Positions 37,500 to 52,899 of a stretch of DNA of 64,000 nt are shown one piece after another. The stretch's first letter is position 1; each line of letters opens with the position of its first letter. This stretch comes from Epiperipatus broadwayi. Lineage: Eukaryota; Animalia; Onychophora. The notes beneath the pieces are model-generated. The model had not been told where the DNA came from. It worked only from the letters and a program-made list of their open reading frames with translations, and did no database searches. The stretch covers positions 11,656,001-11,720,000 of the forward strand of contig JAQFVV010000003.1 of the NCBI GenBank assembly GCA_028023455.1, given 5' to 3'. The position numbers and the translations under genes were made by a program.

Positions 37500-39450
37500 C
37501 CTAATCTTCATAAAGATTCCAATAAATTTAAATTAGAACTTGCAAATCATTTAACAATATTAACAGATTTTGAAAATGGTTCAGATTTGAACCGAAATCA
37601 ATGGAAAGATAACTGATATACTATTAAGAACTGCAATAAAGATAGCTGGTATAAAAAAAGTAGCAAGTGACAAGTAAAATTTCTACTGTAACAAAACAAT
37701 TTATGAAGAAAAAAAAGAGTATAAAAATTATTCATTAAAAAAGAATTGAAATGGTACAAAAAGGATTATGATAGTATGAGAAAATATAATTGTGAATTAG
37801 TAAGGAAAGCTATAGAAAAAATTAAAATATCAAAAGTGAGTATTGGCATAAAACTTATCTCAGCAATAAGAAGAAAAAATCAAACTATTATTTAAAAAAA
37901 ATGGCATCATGAAGTATGTGGAAGAGTTGTATAAAGAATTATATAGCAATAAATATCAAAAACAAAAGTATCCCTTACATTTACTATATTTTCTGAATTG
38001 TACAAGATTTTAAAGGAATCTATGCAGAAGGAAAAAACTCCAGATAATGATAGAATTATAATCGATATCTTAAAAGAAATGTGGAGAAAGAAATAAATTG
38101 TTGGTGAAGTTATATATTATATATCTAAATGGGAAAGATGTAACAGATGACTGGAGAATGCAGTACCAATATTAATATAGTAGTAGAAATTACAGACCTA
38201 TCAGTCAGTCTTTTATCAGTTCTATACCAAATTTTTACTAAGATAATTAAATTCATCTACAGTGAACTTTGAATTTTTATCAAACAAAAAAAAAAAGAAT
38301 TTAAAAGTGATTTAGCACAGTGAATCACATATAAGTTTTGAGAAAAGTCATAAAAAAACCCTATGAATATGAATTATGCTTTGGATTTGTAGATTATAAA
38401 AAGGCATTTGAATTTCTAAATATTTCTTAGGTGATTAAAGCATCTGCTGATCAAGATATAGTAGACCCAGGATGATGTCAACTTCTGAAATATATTTACC
38501 AAAATGCAAGAGCAATGTTTAGATTGCATACTGATATTAGAAAGGTTACCATTGACAAGGGTGTACAACAGGAAGATTCCATATCTCAAATTTTTTGTGG
38601 CAATTTTATGAAAAGTATTTTATAAATTAAAATAGAAATTAAGTGAATAAAAATAAATAGAGATTATTTAAGTTATCTGTATCCTGTATATGCTATAATT
38701 GTTTTTGCAAATAAGGCCTCAGAAGTTCAGGAAATGTTGCAAGAGTTATCAGATGAAAGTAAAAAAATTGAACAAAAAGTAAATGTTAAAATACTAAAGT
38801 AATGTTAAATAGATTTTCTCAAAGAAGAAAATAAATATTAATAATGATGAATTAAAATGTGAACAACTGTAAATAATTTGATCACATTATTAATGCAAAT
38901 GGAAATATATTGAATGAAAATAATCATAGAATTAAATTTGGAGTGTTTTTTATAGAAATAACCCTAATATTAAAAAGAAATATGCCTACATGTTTGAAAA
39001 GGAAGGTTTTTAATAAATGTGTTTTACCAATTCTTAACACTTAATAAAAGAGTAATACGGAGACTTCAGACCACTCAACAAAGTATGGAAAGATGCATAA
39101 TTAGGAGTAACAAGAAGGAATTGAAAATGAAATATAAGGATGAGAAACTTAACAAATATTCAATTTGACTTCATTTAAAAAAATTAAGAGTCTACGGTGG
39201 ACTGAGGCTGAACATATTTCTAGAAGAGATGATAGTAGATGAACAGTTGAAATCTTAAACTGGATTTCAAGAGATTGTAAAAGACCTAGAAAGAGACCAC
39301 ATATGAGATAATTGAATGAAATAAGAAAACATACTGGTGTGCTGTGGAGAAGAAAGGCTAGAGATAGGAAAAACAGGATTAAACTTGGAGAGACTTTCAT
39401 CTTGCAATGAATCAATAATGATAGAAAATGATACTGATGATGATGATAGA
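37500..39450 (+). mobile_element. Degenerate RTE-type LINE (RT to 3' end)
   Basis: Remnants KFKLELANHLTIL, NYRPIS-like, DYKKAF, KGVQQEDSIS, IVFANKASEVQEMLQELSDES, RPRKRP..RW-like C-terminus; (ATG)n-like tail at ~39415-39450. Confidence 0.8.
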
Positions 39451-42229
39451 ATATAGATAAAAATAAAACATTTTTGAAGAAGTCTTAGTGGGGCAAAAAA
39501 TTCACTAGCATCTCTCCACATAAAAAAATATTATTACTTATGAAGAATAATTAATTGCTAATTGATCAGAGAATTTATGTTTTCCCCATCTCATTTTATC
39601 TTTTAGCTAAGAATAAGTAAATACTTCTTAATCAGTTAATAAATGGATAGTTAGTAAAGTTCATTATAGATAAGCTGGCTAACTAGTGAAAACTAAGCTT
39701 GCATAAAAAGTGTTAACTATCTAAAAAAATTCTAAGTCCCATCCAGATTTGAACCTTAGATAATATCTATGACAACTAGATGAGATAACCAGTATACCTT
39801 TATATCTATATGTATGTATATTATACATTTTAATAATATAAAAAGCTCATTAAAATTTATGATGCCGTTCTGATAAAGGAATGATAACCAATAATAAACT
39901 ACTACCTATGGAGATAAAATGTTATCACTTGCTTATAAAACTGTTTTATAATTTCAACTCGTTTTTAGACAAAATGCTTGATATATACTTATATATAAGC
40001 ATATGGGTGTGTATCAATGAATATAAATAGATAAATATTAGCAAGCATACTGCTGTTAATTAAATTTTACAAAAAACAATAATACTAATTATGATTAAAT
40101 TTTAAACATATACACAAGTAATATATGCAAACAGCAATTTTCTTTATAGAAAATATACTGATAAATATTTAATTTATTTAAAGCATTAGATATTTACTGC
40201 CATAAAAAATTGATTTATCTACTCAAGTTTGCATAATAAAGAGATTAATAAAATATTCCATTTGAATAATCAAACACATTATTGAATTTGTTTTTAAAAC
40301 TACTTTCATGAAAATATTGTGTGGGTGTATAAATATATATAACTGGTGCTATATGTGAACCAAAAAAGCACCTGCTTCAGATGCTGAATTAAAATAGATG
40401 CTAAAATAAAACATTATTTTAAAAAATTATCTTTATCAAATAATATATATAAAAATATTTTATAAAAAAAATGCTTTTATTTTAATTTGATAATAAAAAA
40501 TAAAATTGTTTTTAAAACTAATGATTGAATTAATTAATGTGCACTCCACACTTTTACTTCAAGTTAAATATAACAATCACTATTATGGTTAAAGGAAAAA
40601 AACTTTTTTTTATTTTTAGTGCATTACTCATCAAATTAAATAAAAGTATTTTTTTTATATAAAATATTTTTACATATTATTCAGATAATTTGCAATGGAG
40701 TTTTGTAACTATTCATAATCAAATTTAAAACAAAGAATCTAAATGATGTTGTTGCTATATTTCCAGTATTTGAAATGAAATTCACATGTATTAAAAAAAA
40801 TTTACAAGATTTTTGTGTTTATAAAGGCGAGTGTTTTATGAAATGTAAATTTTATGTTAAACAATCAAAAGAAAAAGATTTCATCCTTTATTTCTTTTTC
40901 TATTTTAATTAATTATAAATACTTTTTAATAAACTATCCATAAAATTCAATGAAAGTGTATCTTTAAAAAATATACTTATTGAACCGATGCCAACATGGT
41001 TTGAAATTCAGCCTGCCAACAGTATTAGTCTGAACAAGCAGTTGAATAACCCTGAAATATTGCATTATCGTCAGTACCTAATACATGTACAAAATTTGAA
41101 GAAAATTCATTTGATAAAAGTATGTAAAAAATCAGTTACAAGATTTGACCCAAATAAACAAACAGAATTTCTAAGTTAAATAAAAGTGTCTAAAAAAAAC
41201 TGCTTTTCATTCCTTATAAATTAGTGCCAAATTAGATAGACTGAAATTTGTTCTTTTCAATTTTCTTTTACTGTTATTTACCATTTTTATTGCTTTCCTA
41301 CAAATTTTATACGTATGTATCTATAATATAATGACCACATTTTTTTTTTATTAGTCATAAATAAAACATAGCTTAGTAGTGAGAATCAAGGATTCAAAAG
41401 CTAAAGATTCCTCGGTCAATTCCAAAGAAAAAATACTAAAAAAATCCCAGACTAGTTAATTAATAATGCATGACTTATATTCAGTATGTAAGTTGGTGCA
41501 ATCAGCAATTGTGATTAACAGATGCAAAAATACTTTTTATATTACCAAATAGTAACTTCAAAAAATTAAATAATAATTTATGTTTTCCCTTCATATGACA
41601 ATTAATTTTGACAAATATTTAACATAAAGGGCCTTTGTTTTCAGAAAGGAAAGTAAAAATGTCTAATAGGTATACAAGATATTATTCATTACAAATAGCA
41701 ATATTTTAGTCATATATTTAAAGTAAATTATTTTTAACAATAATACATGACTTTATTATATGCTTACTTACATGCTTCCAAGAACAATTCTTTTCATCCT
41801 ACTCTAGAACAATCTATTGTAACTTGAGGAATCAAAAAATATCAGATGGTACACTATTATATCATCCATAACAATAGATCAAATTCCAGATTTTATCTTA
41901 ATCAGTTAAAACTCGGATTTAAATTTAGAATTAATGCAATTATGCATATTAGCAAGCAGCTACCTTTTAGTCTTGTATACTATCCCACCTAATCCATATC
42001 ACTTCTGTAGTATTATAGATTGATACCAAGTCAGTTTTTATATTAAAAATTTTAAAAAGCTCAGTTTTGTTCCAACTATAAGACACTTTTATTCTTTCAC
42101 TAATTAAAATTAACATCATCAACACTATTATAAGACTTTTCATACACATAATAACATGCATTCAGAAACAATTCTTTTTATTCTATTTTAGAATAATCTA
42201 CTTAAGACAAAATAATACAAGTTTATTAA

Positions 42230-42568
42230 ATTGAAAGGCTGCAAACCTCTCATACTTATTATAATTATAATACTTATCTGACAGTCAATCAGATGTTATG
42301 ATGGTTGTCTGAATAGCGATCAAACCGTAAACACATAACAAAGAATTTTACAAGAAAAGGGCAGTCCACTCTCATCTCTACTTATCTTTCTATATATCTA
42401 AACCAGTCTGAAGCATTTAGGTTTGAAAGCATGAAGCCCCTTTCTTGTAAAATTCTTTGTCATGTGTCTACGGTTTGATTGCTATTCAGACAACCATAAT
42501 AACATCTGATTGGCTGTCAGATAAGTATTATAATTATAATAAGCACAAGAGGTTTGCATCCTTTCAAT
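42230..42568. mobile_element. MITE with ~133-bp TIRs
   Basis: 42230-42362 and 42436-42568 are reverse complements (~90% by eye); TTAA on both flanks (42226-42229, 42569-42572). Confidence 0.85.
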
Positions 42569-45538
42569 TTAATTTCAATTGTCTGTGCTTTATAAAATAA
42601 ATATTATTTAAATACAAGTTTATATATATTACAATCCCTCAATGAATAATCTTCATGTTACCATGGCAAAAATCTAGTCAATGGTTCTATTCTTATTATA
42701 TTCACTTTATCTTATTCTTTGTTAATTATTATTTAAATTCAGATTCATATATTCTGAAGATTTGTCTTATTTCTTAAATAAAAAATTGCTTTAGTACACT
42801 TTTCAATTTTCTTCTATGTATTCACTTTACCATGATAGCTAACTGCAGTCAAACAAATAGCAATAAATAAAATGACTTGATATAGTAGTATTATTTACAT
42901 TCCCTGGCAGTAAAAAAAAAAGTTTATTATTTTGATATAATTTAAATATATATAAATTACAAAAATACAAATATATTTGTGAATAACCCTGTATTTATAT
43001 ACTACTTACTTCCTCTTATAAGATCTTGGTAATTTATTTAATGTTTTTAATAATTTAAGACATTCACAAAAATAGAAGCATCATACAATATATAAAGTAA
43101 ATTTTTTAATTATATATTAATCCAGTCATTCAAAATAATTGATCCATACAATCATTCATCTACTTTAAAAAAACTTCTAAACTATAATTCCATATAATTT
43201 GTCTTTTGGCTGGTAATAGAAAATATTAATGATAGTAGGTCGAAATGTGATACACCATGGTTAAATATAATTGTACTTTTTGTAAATAAGAAATGCAAAT
43301 ATTAAAGCACTTGTTTTAACTATTTAAATATTATTGATAAATTAAATTAATTTGTATAATTACTTTGTATATATATATAAGAAAAATAATTCTATACATA
43401 GATAAAACAGCTTTTAAATAATGTACAAAAGAACAAAGGCTCTCCAAATCAGGTATTGATAAGAAAATGGCAATAGAAAAGATTTTAGAGATTTTGTATT
43501 CTTGTTTTATCTTATAGTTAGGAATAACTATATACTCATTGATCATTCACAAAGTGAATGATTAGTCCCAGAATGGCTAACTGGAAAAAAATTCTAAGCT
43601 TACTTAAAATACAAAAAAAAAATTCACCTAGTCTAAATGAATCCCTTCAGTTCTATGAATATTTAAGTTAAATGCTTGTGAGTTAATAAATTAATTAGTT
43701 GAAATTAATAAAATTATCATTCTATAATTGTCGAAGATATATAAATTTGTATAAACACATTTGTTGAATTTCAAATTAAAGTAACAAAATCCTAAAAACT
43801 TTTTTAAAGAATAAATTGCAATAAAAGTTTTAAAAGAATTGAACTAGGAAAAATGGAGTTTTGAATTTGTTTACTGGTTGATTTATAGTAAAAAAATATT
43901 TAACAAAAATAAATATATATTCCAGTCTTTATAAATACAAAACTGATTTTTCTATAGACAATGATCAAGTGTTATCATTTCATTATAGCACCCTGTAGTT
44001 TTTAGTTATTCCAATCAACAATTCTTTAATTTAAAAACATCTGAAGAAGTAATAAGATTTCATCTAAATTATATATCCTGATAAACAAGCAATATATTAT
44101 ATATTTTTACATTATATGTTTCAATTTGAACTAAGATGGCCAATTAAAATCCAAGCATCTATTACATCATAAAATTTATAGTCTTAATTAATGCACATGT
44201 TTAGTCATGTCTACAAAATTTATTAATTGATCAGAAGTAATCAAAAGATTTTTCTTTATTAAAATTAATGAATAATTCAAAGTTTAAGCATACTTCATAT
44301 AGTAGCAGTTGAACATTCAGAAGTGACTTGTTTTATTTGATTTGTTAAAAGTCTACATCTAATAGCAAATGAACAATCATACAATATGGTAGAATGACCA
44401 AGTGATATTTGATCATAAATGATGGTAATTTGTCATTGTCTATCAGTTCTGTGTAGTTTAGCATAGTAATAGAGTGAAGGACTCATAACTCAAGTTTCCA
44501 GACTTGATTCTGAGTTGAGTAATGTAATTTTAAAAAACTTTACTGATATTAACTTAATGGAAGTACTCCCTCTGCTTACTTTAACAAATTCTTGAGTTTA
44601 ATATCCATGGGTGACACTTCAATTCTATCACTTTTTATGTTCAAACCCCATATGAATATCTGAGCAGCATACTGCTTGACTTATTAATGAAAAGTACTAT
44701 ATACTTAAAAGATTTTGAATATATGATATCTTGAACAAGTTATCCTAGATTACCTCATTTTTTCTGCTTCATGAATGAATTTAACAGATCCTGACTATGT
44801 AGTTGTGATCAAACCCTAACTATGAACCACATAGTTAATGATTTTGAAATCTTATGGATACAGTAGCAGAAGTGAAAAAAATTAAAAAGCCATTAGTGAA
44901 TCCATCTTCTGGTTGCAATTTGTAGATTCCTTTTATGATGCTTATTAATAGTTAAGCTATCCAAAAAAAAAAAAAAAATATGACAAATATATTAAATTTT
45001 AACATATTTTATTCTAGCTGAAAGTTTTACCATAAACTTTAATGAACTTCATATTATTAAAATGCCCCATAAAAAAAAAACTCTTTCAGTCTTATTTAAA
45101 GATTACTTCTATGCTAAATCAAATTATAAAATGATTTACTATGGCATTCAAATTGATTATTTTGTAATTAAAAACTAATTTATTTATTTACTGTAAAGTC
45201 AGTTAATTGCAAGCTATATTTGGTGTTGTTAGAGTGAGATGATTTTTTTTTTATTGTTTAATACATATTGAATTTGGAACATGAATTAATTATTTCCCTT
45301 ACATTACACTTATAAAGTCATCAATGAATGTTTAGAAATGTTATGAAACAAAATATTATCCAAAGCATAATATATTTAGCTTGTAGGCAAATTAAGATTT
45401 TCTTTCCTCTTTATAATCATTTTACTCAGCTGGAAATTAATTCAGAATTTTTTGATTACCAAAAAATCTCTCATACCAAAGATTCACTCTGTCCATGGAA
45501 GTAACCTCATTATAATAAAAAAATAATTTATCACTTAC

Positions 45539-45595
45539 CAAGTAACAAAATTTTCTCTATTGTGACATAATATGTTGCAGTTTGTAAAGGACTTG
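45539..45595 (-). CDS. Candidate 57-nt exon of an unidentified minus-strand gene
   Basis: Acceptor cttttttttatttgcAG and donor TTG|GTAAGT; length a multiple of 3; two open frames (SPLQTATYYVTIEKILLL or KSFTNCNILCHNRENFVT). Confidence 0.4.
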
Positions 45596-46499
45596 CTGCA
45601 AATAAAAAAAAAGAATTCTGTACTACTAAATACTAGATCTCATTCTTAATAAATGAATATTAAATTTTATGTCCAAGTTCAGATTGATCTAACAAGGCAG
45701 TAGAATATTAAGACAAAGTAATAGTTTTTGATCATTATTCTACATTGTTTTCCGTTACTTGCCAATCCCTGAACACAATTTATATTAGAAAGCCAATATT
45801 TAATGTATATTATATACTGTAAAGTAAAATAAATAAACTAACATTTAACCAAAACTTTTTTTTCTTTCTAAACACAAATGTGTGCTTATATTTAAATCGC
45901 AATTTTTTTAATAACAATAAAAAAAAGAATTCTGAAATAAAATCAATGCCTAAACTTTAAAAACTCAAAGACTTGATTTCAAATTAATATTATAGACCAA
46001 GTAAAAATAAAAGACAATTTCACTAATCAATTCTTCAATTTAATGAAAAACATATGAGTAAAAAATAAATGGCTAAATTTGTTTAATTAGAATAATAATA
46101 CAGCAGATTCAAGTTGGTTTATTACAAGTCCAGAACTATGCAATCAGGGTAATAAATAATCTAGAATTAGAATATGACTATGAAAAACAATATAAAAAAT
46201 AGAATAACGAAGATTTCTATAAACGAAATTTACAATATATGCAATTGATAGATTAAAAAACAATATTCTTATTAAATCATAAAAATATATTTAATATTCC
46301 AATAAATAATATTAGAATTATCTATTAAACTAAAAAAAGAGAGTGAAGGTGAATTAAAGACATTATGGCATAGTGATTATCTTCCATGCCCATGATCTCA
46401 GGATTAAATTTGGACCAGGTAAAATTTAGAAATTTTTATCATATAGTAAATAAGAAGGTGATTTACTATCAACTAGCCCACTGATAGCAGAAATAACTA

Positions 46500-47440
46500 T
46501 CAATTATTTGTTATTAAATAGTTGTCTAAATATTCATACAAAAGAATAACCCAAGATTGGAACACCTCCCACGAATTGGTTAACCTAATGAATACTGCTT
46601 TCTTCTTCAGCGTTCATCTCGGAAGAATTATTAAAAGGCCTTTGGAAAGGTACCTGATACATATAAATCTTATTAAAAAATTCCATTCTGCTGTTTTCAA
46701 AATTGTTTATGAAAAAACAATTGTGCAATTTAGTATTGAAAACTATAAACTTGTTAAATGAGCAAACAGAAAACTATTCACACATATAAAGCCCTTTATA
46801 TATATATATTTGTCCTTTGGTAGGCAATCTAGCCTCCATCTTAATTGATCAGGCTACCGCATTTATATCCAGTACATGGAAAAGTTGGACTCCGAAGCAA
46901 AATATCAGCAAATTATGAGTTCCATTAGAAATCCACAATCAAAAATCCTGGTGAGCAAAAAATGTGAGAATTAGGAAGATGGTTCAAGGTTTATATTAAA
47001 CAAAAGCATATGCAATGGGTCAATAAGCAACCTCAAATTATTAATTATATTAACATTACAATTAATATATCCCCCACATTTATCCTGATTCAGTTACATT
47101 TTGGAAGGCCTGAACTATTGCTTATAAAAACTCTTATACCTGTCATTATTGAAAATGTTGACAGAAAGCATAATCAGGAAAAATCCAGAATCAATCTTAG
47201 AAAGATGGGTGGGAAATGCATCAATCAATCTTAAACTGATCCACATCCATTTAAAGTCCATGATTATGTTTTAATCCAGGCCCCTCACATTATCAATCCT
47301 TAGAAACATACTTTTGGAAAGGTTCTGAATCTCTATGCAGGGTCATATCAGATCACTAGCCAGGTAGAAGAAAATGCATTTATGCTTTTCATGCTTGATG
47401 GAATGAGATACATATAATACATGCAACCTTAAACTCATTC
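46500..47440 (+). mobile_element. Gypsy integrase remnant
   Basis: ILIDQATAFISSTWKSW (core D region) and PFKVHDYVLI...YAGSYQI...NAFML (GPY/F-like C-terminal domain), with stops and frameshifts. Confidence 0.65.
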
Positions 47441-48049
47441 CTCAAGTGAATAAATAGTTGTGAATGTGTAAAATTGGAATCAAAACTTACTAAGTATTGT
47501 ATTTGTGAGTGGGTAATTTTTTCCCCTATAAGCTGGAAAGATTTATAATCTTTGGTTTTGTGAGTTAAGCTGAACTTCTAGCCATCTAATTTGTTTAAGT
47601 ATAAAAAAAATTCAGTAAATTAATTTTTACTGCAAGTTAATTTTATCAGGGCTTTACAGTTAAATGCTGATTCATTTTATAAATCATTCTAAGAACTTTT
47701 TTAATTCTTAATTATTTTTAAATCATTATTTTTGTATTTTCATTGTATTGGCTTGAACCCATCTGTAGTTATAAGTAACTTCCAGTTGTTTAAAATAGAA
47801 ATATATTTCCTTTTATAATAATAAGTTAATGTTAAAAGCTATTAAAAACTAAAGTTATTTTCATATGATCTCTACTATATTAAAATTCAATCTTTAAATT
47901 AAACTGTGATAATAACTAAGTTTGAATCTTTAACCTTTCCTTCATACTTTAGTCATAATCAGCTTTAACTCATTCTCAAACAACTAATTTTTATGTTGTT
48001 TCACAAATTTTATGTTATTTTATCAAGATGTAATGTGATGTATTTGGCT

Positions 48050-48730
48050 TCTCCTTAAACGAAGTCAAGAATATCTCAGCAATTATGCCCAGATAAACCT
48101 GTTAGGCATTTTATTTTCCATTCCCCACTCTAAGTCTTCCCATATTCTGCCCCATCCCATTTCCACAACATAATCTTTGTCAACTCTATGGCCTTTATAT
48201 CAAAATGCCCCTTATCATTTCGCAAACCCAGCATAAAAACTAATAACTCACTTTCTGTTTAGTCACTTTGTTCATACCTATTCTCCCATAACTTCATTAT
48301 ATGTGCCCTTTCTGCTTTCAAGTATTTACATTCAATCAACAGATGCCTAATATTTTCTATACCTTCCTTACACAATTTGCACACTAAATCACCCATAGTT
48401 TTCCATTTACATGTATATTCTTTTGTTTCTAAAGATCCCATTCAAGCCTTAAACAATAAACTACTTTCCTTACTATTATCATAAATTAACTCGCATCCAA
48501 TATTCCATTTACTTCTATATATATTTAAACTCTTTTTACCCTCCACACTAGTTCTCCATCTCTCCAATTCCCTATTTTTTATCAATGCTTCTATTCTTTT
48601 ATCCCATTCCTTACCACTATAACACTCAACAATCCTCCTACCACAATCATCCCACCTTTTATACAAGTATACTGATATAAATTCTTTATCCAAATCGTTT
48701 GCATATCGCATTACCTTTCTCACTCATCTT
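48050..48730 (-). mobile_element. Non-LTR retrotransposon ORF2 C-terminal remnant
   Basis: Track ORFs 48442-48723 and 48259-48441 are in one frame: LIYDNSKESSLLFKA*MGSL...CKLCKEGIENIRHLLIEC (CCHC finger). Confidence 0.75.
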
Positions 48731-49649
48731 GTTACCTGCCGAAAAATATACCGTATGATGCTGCCCCCTTTAAAATTATTTTACAACTAAAAAATAAGTA
48801 ATATTTAAAGTTATAACAATGACATAAGACCTGCCTTCCAAGGTGCTGATTGGTTGTTTCTCATTGTCTACTATAGGGAGCACTTGTCAACAATTTTGAC
48901 AGGTCTAAGATCTTTGTTTAGATTTTCATAATGAAAATATGTTTTAGAGTATTTTTTTTTACATATTTATTATTATTTTCATAAAATATGTATGAAAATA
49001 TAATTATTTTAGAAGAATAATTCAGATTTTAGTAAAAATTATTTATTTTTATATGAAAGTAAATTGAGAAAGAAATCAATGATACAGGCTGTATTTTGTA
49101 ATAGGTTACAAAAAGTACAATTTATGTTGTCTGCTATACATTATTTTTATAAATTATAAATAATTTATTTTTGAAAAAATTTTTGTTTACTAATCTGCCA
49201 AGTTATTAAATTGCTTTTTAGAAACTAAACTAAAATGAATATAATTTTAAAAGACAAATATATTTTTATTGCTGATTCTGTAAATGACCAATCAAAAGTG
49301 TAGAACTTTAATTAACTTAGCCAATATGAATATTTGCAGTTAAGGGAGATGGAAAAACTTAATGGTAGATATTATTATTTAATTTGCTTGCTTACAAGAA
49401 AGCATTTGTATTTGTTATTTATTAACAAAAGTATGTTTTATTCAGGCTTATCATTATAAAGATTAAGTCAGGAAAATAAAGTTAAGCTTTGTTAATTTAT
49501 TATTAATAAAAAGTATTAGTTTTCAAATAAAGAAGAACATTAAAAAATGTGATTGTGCTTGCATTTTAATTTTATCTTCCACTTCCTTGTTTGTAATATT
49601 TAATTATTCATAAATATCTTTACTTAAGACAATAAAAGGTATTCTGGAA

Positions 49650-50640
49650 AAATTCTCATTTATTTAATAAGGTATAAAATTGCTTTAAAGAATAAGGTAA
49701 ATATGATATGAAAGATGGTTGGCCAATGGGTCTTCCCTTAAGCGGAATAATTTCTAGCATATTTTTAAACTTATTCTAAAAGCAAGTCATCTCTAAACAC
49801 CACATTAACACTTCTGGATTAATATACTCATGTTATGTTGATGATGTGTTCATTGCAGCTCCTAGAAATATAATCATGAACATTCAAAATGAATTACAGC
49901 TGCAAACTAAATTAATCATGAACACCATCTGGGAGAATGAATGGCAGAAACTAAAATATTTAGATTTGCTAGTCCATAGATAAGGCAGAGCTCTGCATTA
50001 TTGCATGATTATCAAACCTCTTGAGATCAGAGGATTCACACATCTGAACTCCAATTCATCTACAATGCATAAATTCGCAGGTCTAAATGCATTTTTATTT
50101 AGGAATCAAAATGTATGTAAATTCAAGGGTGATAGGAAGGCTAATATTGCAAGCTATATAAGGGATTTATTAAGCATCAGCTTCAGCTACAGATTAATTA
50201 CATCCCCAAAGTATCTAAACAGCTTATAAAACCTTTAGCTAATAAATTTAAGGTCGGTTTCTACACACACACCCCCCAGTACTAACAGACTCAATAAAAA
50301 TGTGAAGGATAGAATCGATTCATCTCAAACACCCCAAGTTGTATATACCATTTCATGTCCTCCAGCTGTATGCAGTTCCACATACTATGGGAGACCAAGG
50401 CCACAGTCTATAATAGAGCTGCTCAGCACGTGTATACATACAAAGAGCAAAAAAGAACGATAACATCTCAATATTTTTTGAACATGAGAAGCAGGCCAGT
50501 CATGTGTTCAAACCCTCCAACCCCAAGGTAGTGTGCACTGAAGCTAACAATTGTAAAAGAAAGATTAAAGAAACTTATTTTATCATCAATGATAACGTGA
50601 TCAATAGATGTAACACATGATTTGCTATCTCAAGAAAATG
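49650..50640 (+). mobile_element. Degenerate Penelope-like element (RT + GIY-YIG endonuclease)
   Basis: KDGWPMGLPLSGIISSIFL, YVDDVFI (49834-), KYLDL, HLNSNS..HK, VVYTISCPPAVCSSTYYGR, EH.......F, RKIKETYFI. Confidence 0.85.
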
Positions 50641-52899
50641 GACAAGTTAATTTACATACACATTTACATACATTATCATTTATCAATATCACAATAATGA
50701 TTTAAAATCTGTTTTGGCCATGAATATGAGGGACAAATCTCAAAAGCACTAGGCCTGCATAAATTTACTTTGTTTTTATTACCACTAACAGCTTCTTCAC
50801 TCAATGTGTTAAAGTGCTTATATATACTATTCTTTTGTAAACAAGATAATTTATTCTGTAATATTTTATTTTATTGTAATAATTTTAATTTTATCATTTT
50901 AGTTAAAATATTTTAATTAGAGTCAAGGCAGTATGTAAATGAGTTTCTATTTTTAGCTTTGTTTCCCCAGACACCAAATCAATTTTTAAACTTTAATGTA
51001 GGAGATCAAGGAGTGATAAAAATATCAATTTCTATGAATAATATTGATCACATAACCAGGGGTATAAAAGCACAAAACATTGGAAAAACAGAAAAACTTG
51101 CTTTTCTTTTCTAATTGTTTTTTATTTTTATTAGCAGAGTTAATTATTTTTAATAATTATAAGTTTAATTATTTTTAATTAATTTTATTTTGTTAAAGTA
51201 ATGTATCCTTAAATAAGTTCTAATTCAGGTGCCAAAACTTTAAGCTTACTCTACTAAAATGTCTGGAAGCTATATTATTAAAAAAAGATGGGAAGATTAA
51301 ATAGTTATTTTTCTACAACTACTGAATTACTTTATGTAAAATTTACATGTAGCAAAAATTTTCTATGGCTTATCTCTAATGTAAAAACTTTTACTGATTA
51401 CCAATTTTATTATTCTAAGTAAACTTTATTATTGATTTAATATTCTTTTGGCCACAATATTAAAACTGTTAGAAACTTATATTGAAAAAAATAATAAATT
51501 TATCAAGACTTTGAAATATTTTGTTTCTAGCAATGTCTCTTTGAAATATATTTATTTCAATATTATATTTTAAACAATGGTTTTCTCCAGAATAATGAAT
51601 GGACTATTTTAATTCTGGATTGTAGAACTTCTTTATTAATTTTGAAATGACTCTAATTATTTATCATAATTACTTATTATCCTTTCTGTAGAGTGAACGA
51701 TTTTCACTCATGAATATTTTAACATATGTTTAAAGCAGGCTAGAGATGGGAAAAATATCTCCCAAGTTTGTAAAACTGAAAATTATTAACTTACTCTCAT
51801 TTGAAAATTATTGCTTAAATACTGGTCTGAAAAGTAATATTATACCATTATAATAGACTTATTACATAAAAATTCATTGTTATCATTATTTAACTATGTC
51901 TGGACAAAATAATTGAAAGTTGTATCTGTGTTATAAAAGAAATACAAAATGCTTTCATGAATTATTTTTCAAGTTAATTAACTTTTTATTATAAGCTTTA
52001 TAGCATGCTTTAGTATTAATGCTATAGTTACAAATTTTAAAACTTTGCTCTCTAAAAAAAGGTGCTTTGTCTTTAAATATTTGCTTCTAGACTCCATTAT
52101 TAAATTATATTTTCCTATAAAATGTTATATCAGAAATTTCTGGCACTGTATTGAAAAAAAATTTCACAAAACTGAATGGCAATTAATGTTTGTGTGCTTA
52201 TGTTGTCAGGAACTAGATGTTTCTTATACATCTAGTTTCAAATCTGTTGTATTTTCAACAAATGGAGAAAATTTTCTATGTTTGCAAAACTGTAGCCTGT
52301 TTAATAAAACCTCTAGGATAAAGAATATTTAATTACTTATGTTATGGTAAACTGGGTATAATTTTTAAATTATAACTTTTTTTTTTTTTATAATTTATTG
52401 TGTATTTTATTCATTTATATTAGGCACTTGTGTCCAATATATTTTTATGCATTATTTATCAGCAGTAATATCAGTTCACAGAGTATTTGCTATTTATAAT
52501 ACCCCATCATATTAAAATGTTACTTTGTTCATTATTATGAACTATTATCTATTTGAAAGAATATTTTTATGTATACATCAGTGACGATGTATATTTTTAA
52601 TTATTGTTTATTTCAGGCCAAGTTTTATTAGCCCAGATTTGGCAAATAATTTTGTTATCAGTTTTATACATCAGTTAATAGTTACAATATTTTTAGGAAA
52701 ATATGATGTCTTCTATTTTACCATTTATGCTTATCTTGCCATTATATTTTCTAAGAGACAGTAGCTTTATCTCTCTTCTGTGAGTATTTATTTTGCTAGT
52801 ACATATATTTTTATAAAGAAATTGTAGCTTTGTCTCTCTTGTAGTATTTTCCATGAGTAATATTTTTCATGTTTCATATTTGGTATAAATACTTTATTC

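Noticed and set aside
39735-39805. tRNA-like segment on the minus strand with B-box GGTTCAAATC (similar traces at ~37400-37435, ~41368-41425, ~44455-44525)
   Set aside because: Stems are mostly unpaired and no TSD is visible; at most decayed SINE heads, not tRNA genes.
46602-46640. Apparent plus-strand exon with good splice sites
   Set aside because: Lies inside the Gypsy integrase remnant; splice signals probably fortuitous.
50715-50760. Possible decayed hammerhead at the 3' end of the Penelope remnant
   Set aside because: Core too degenerate (ATGAATA...CAAAA), and the region does not match the 458-bp family, so this PLE cannot be called its partner.
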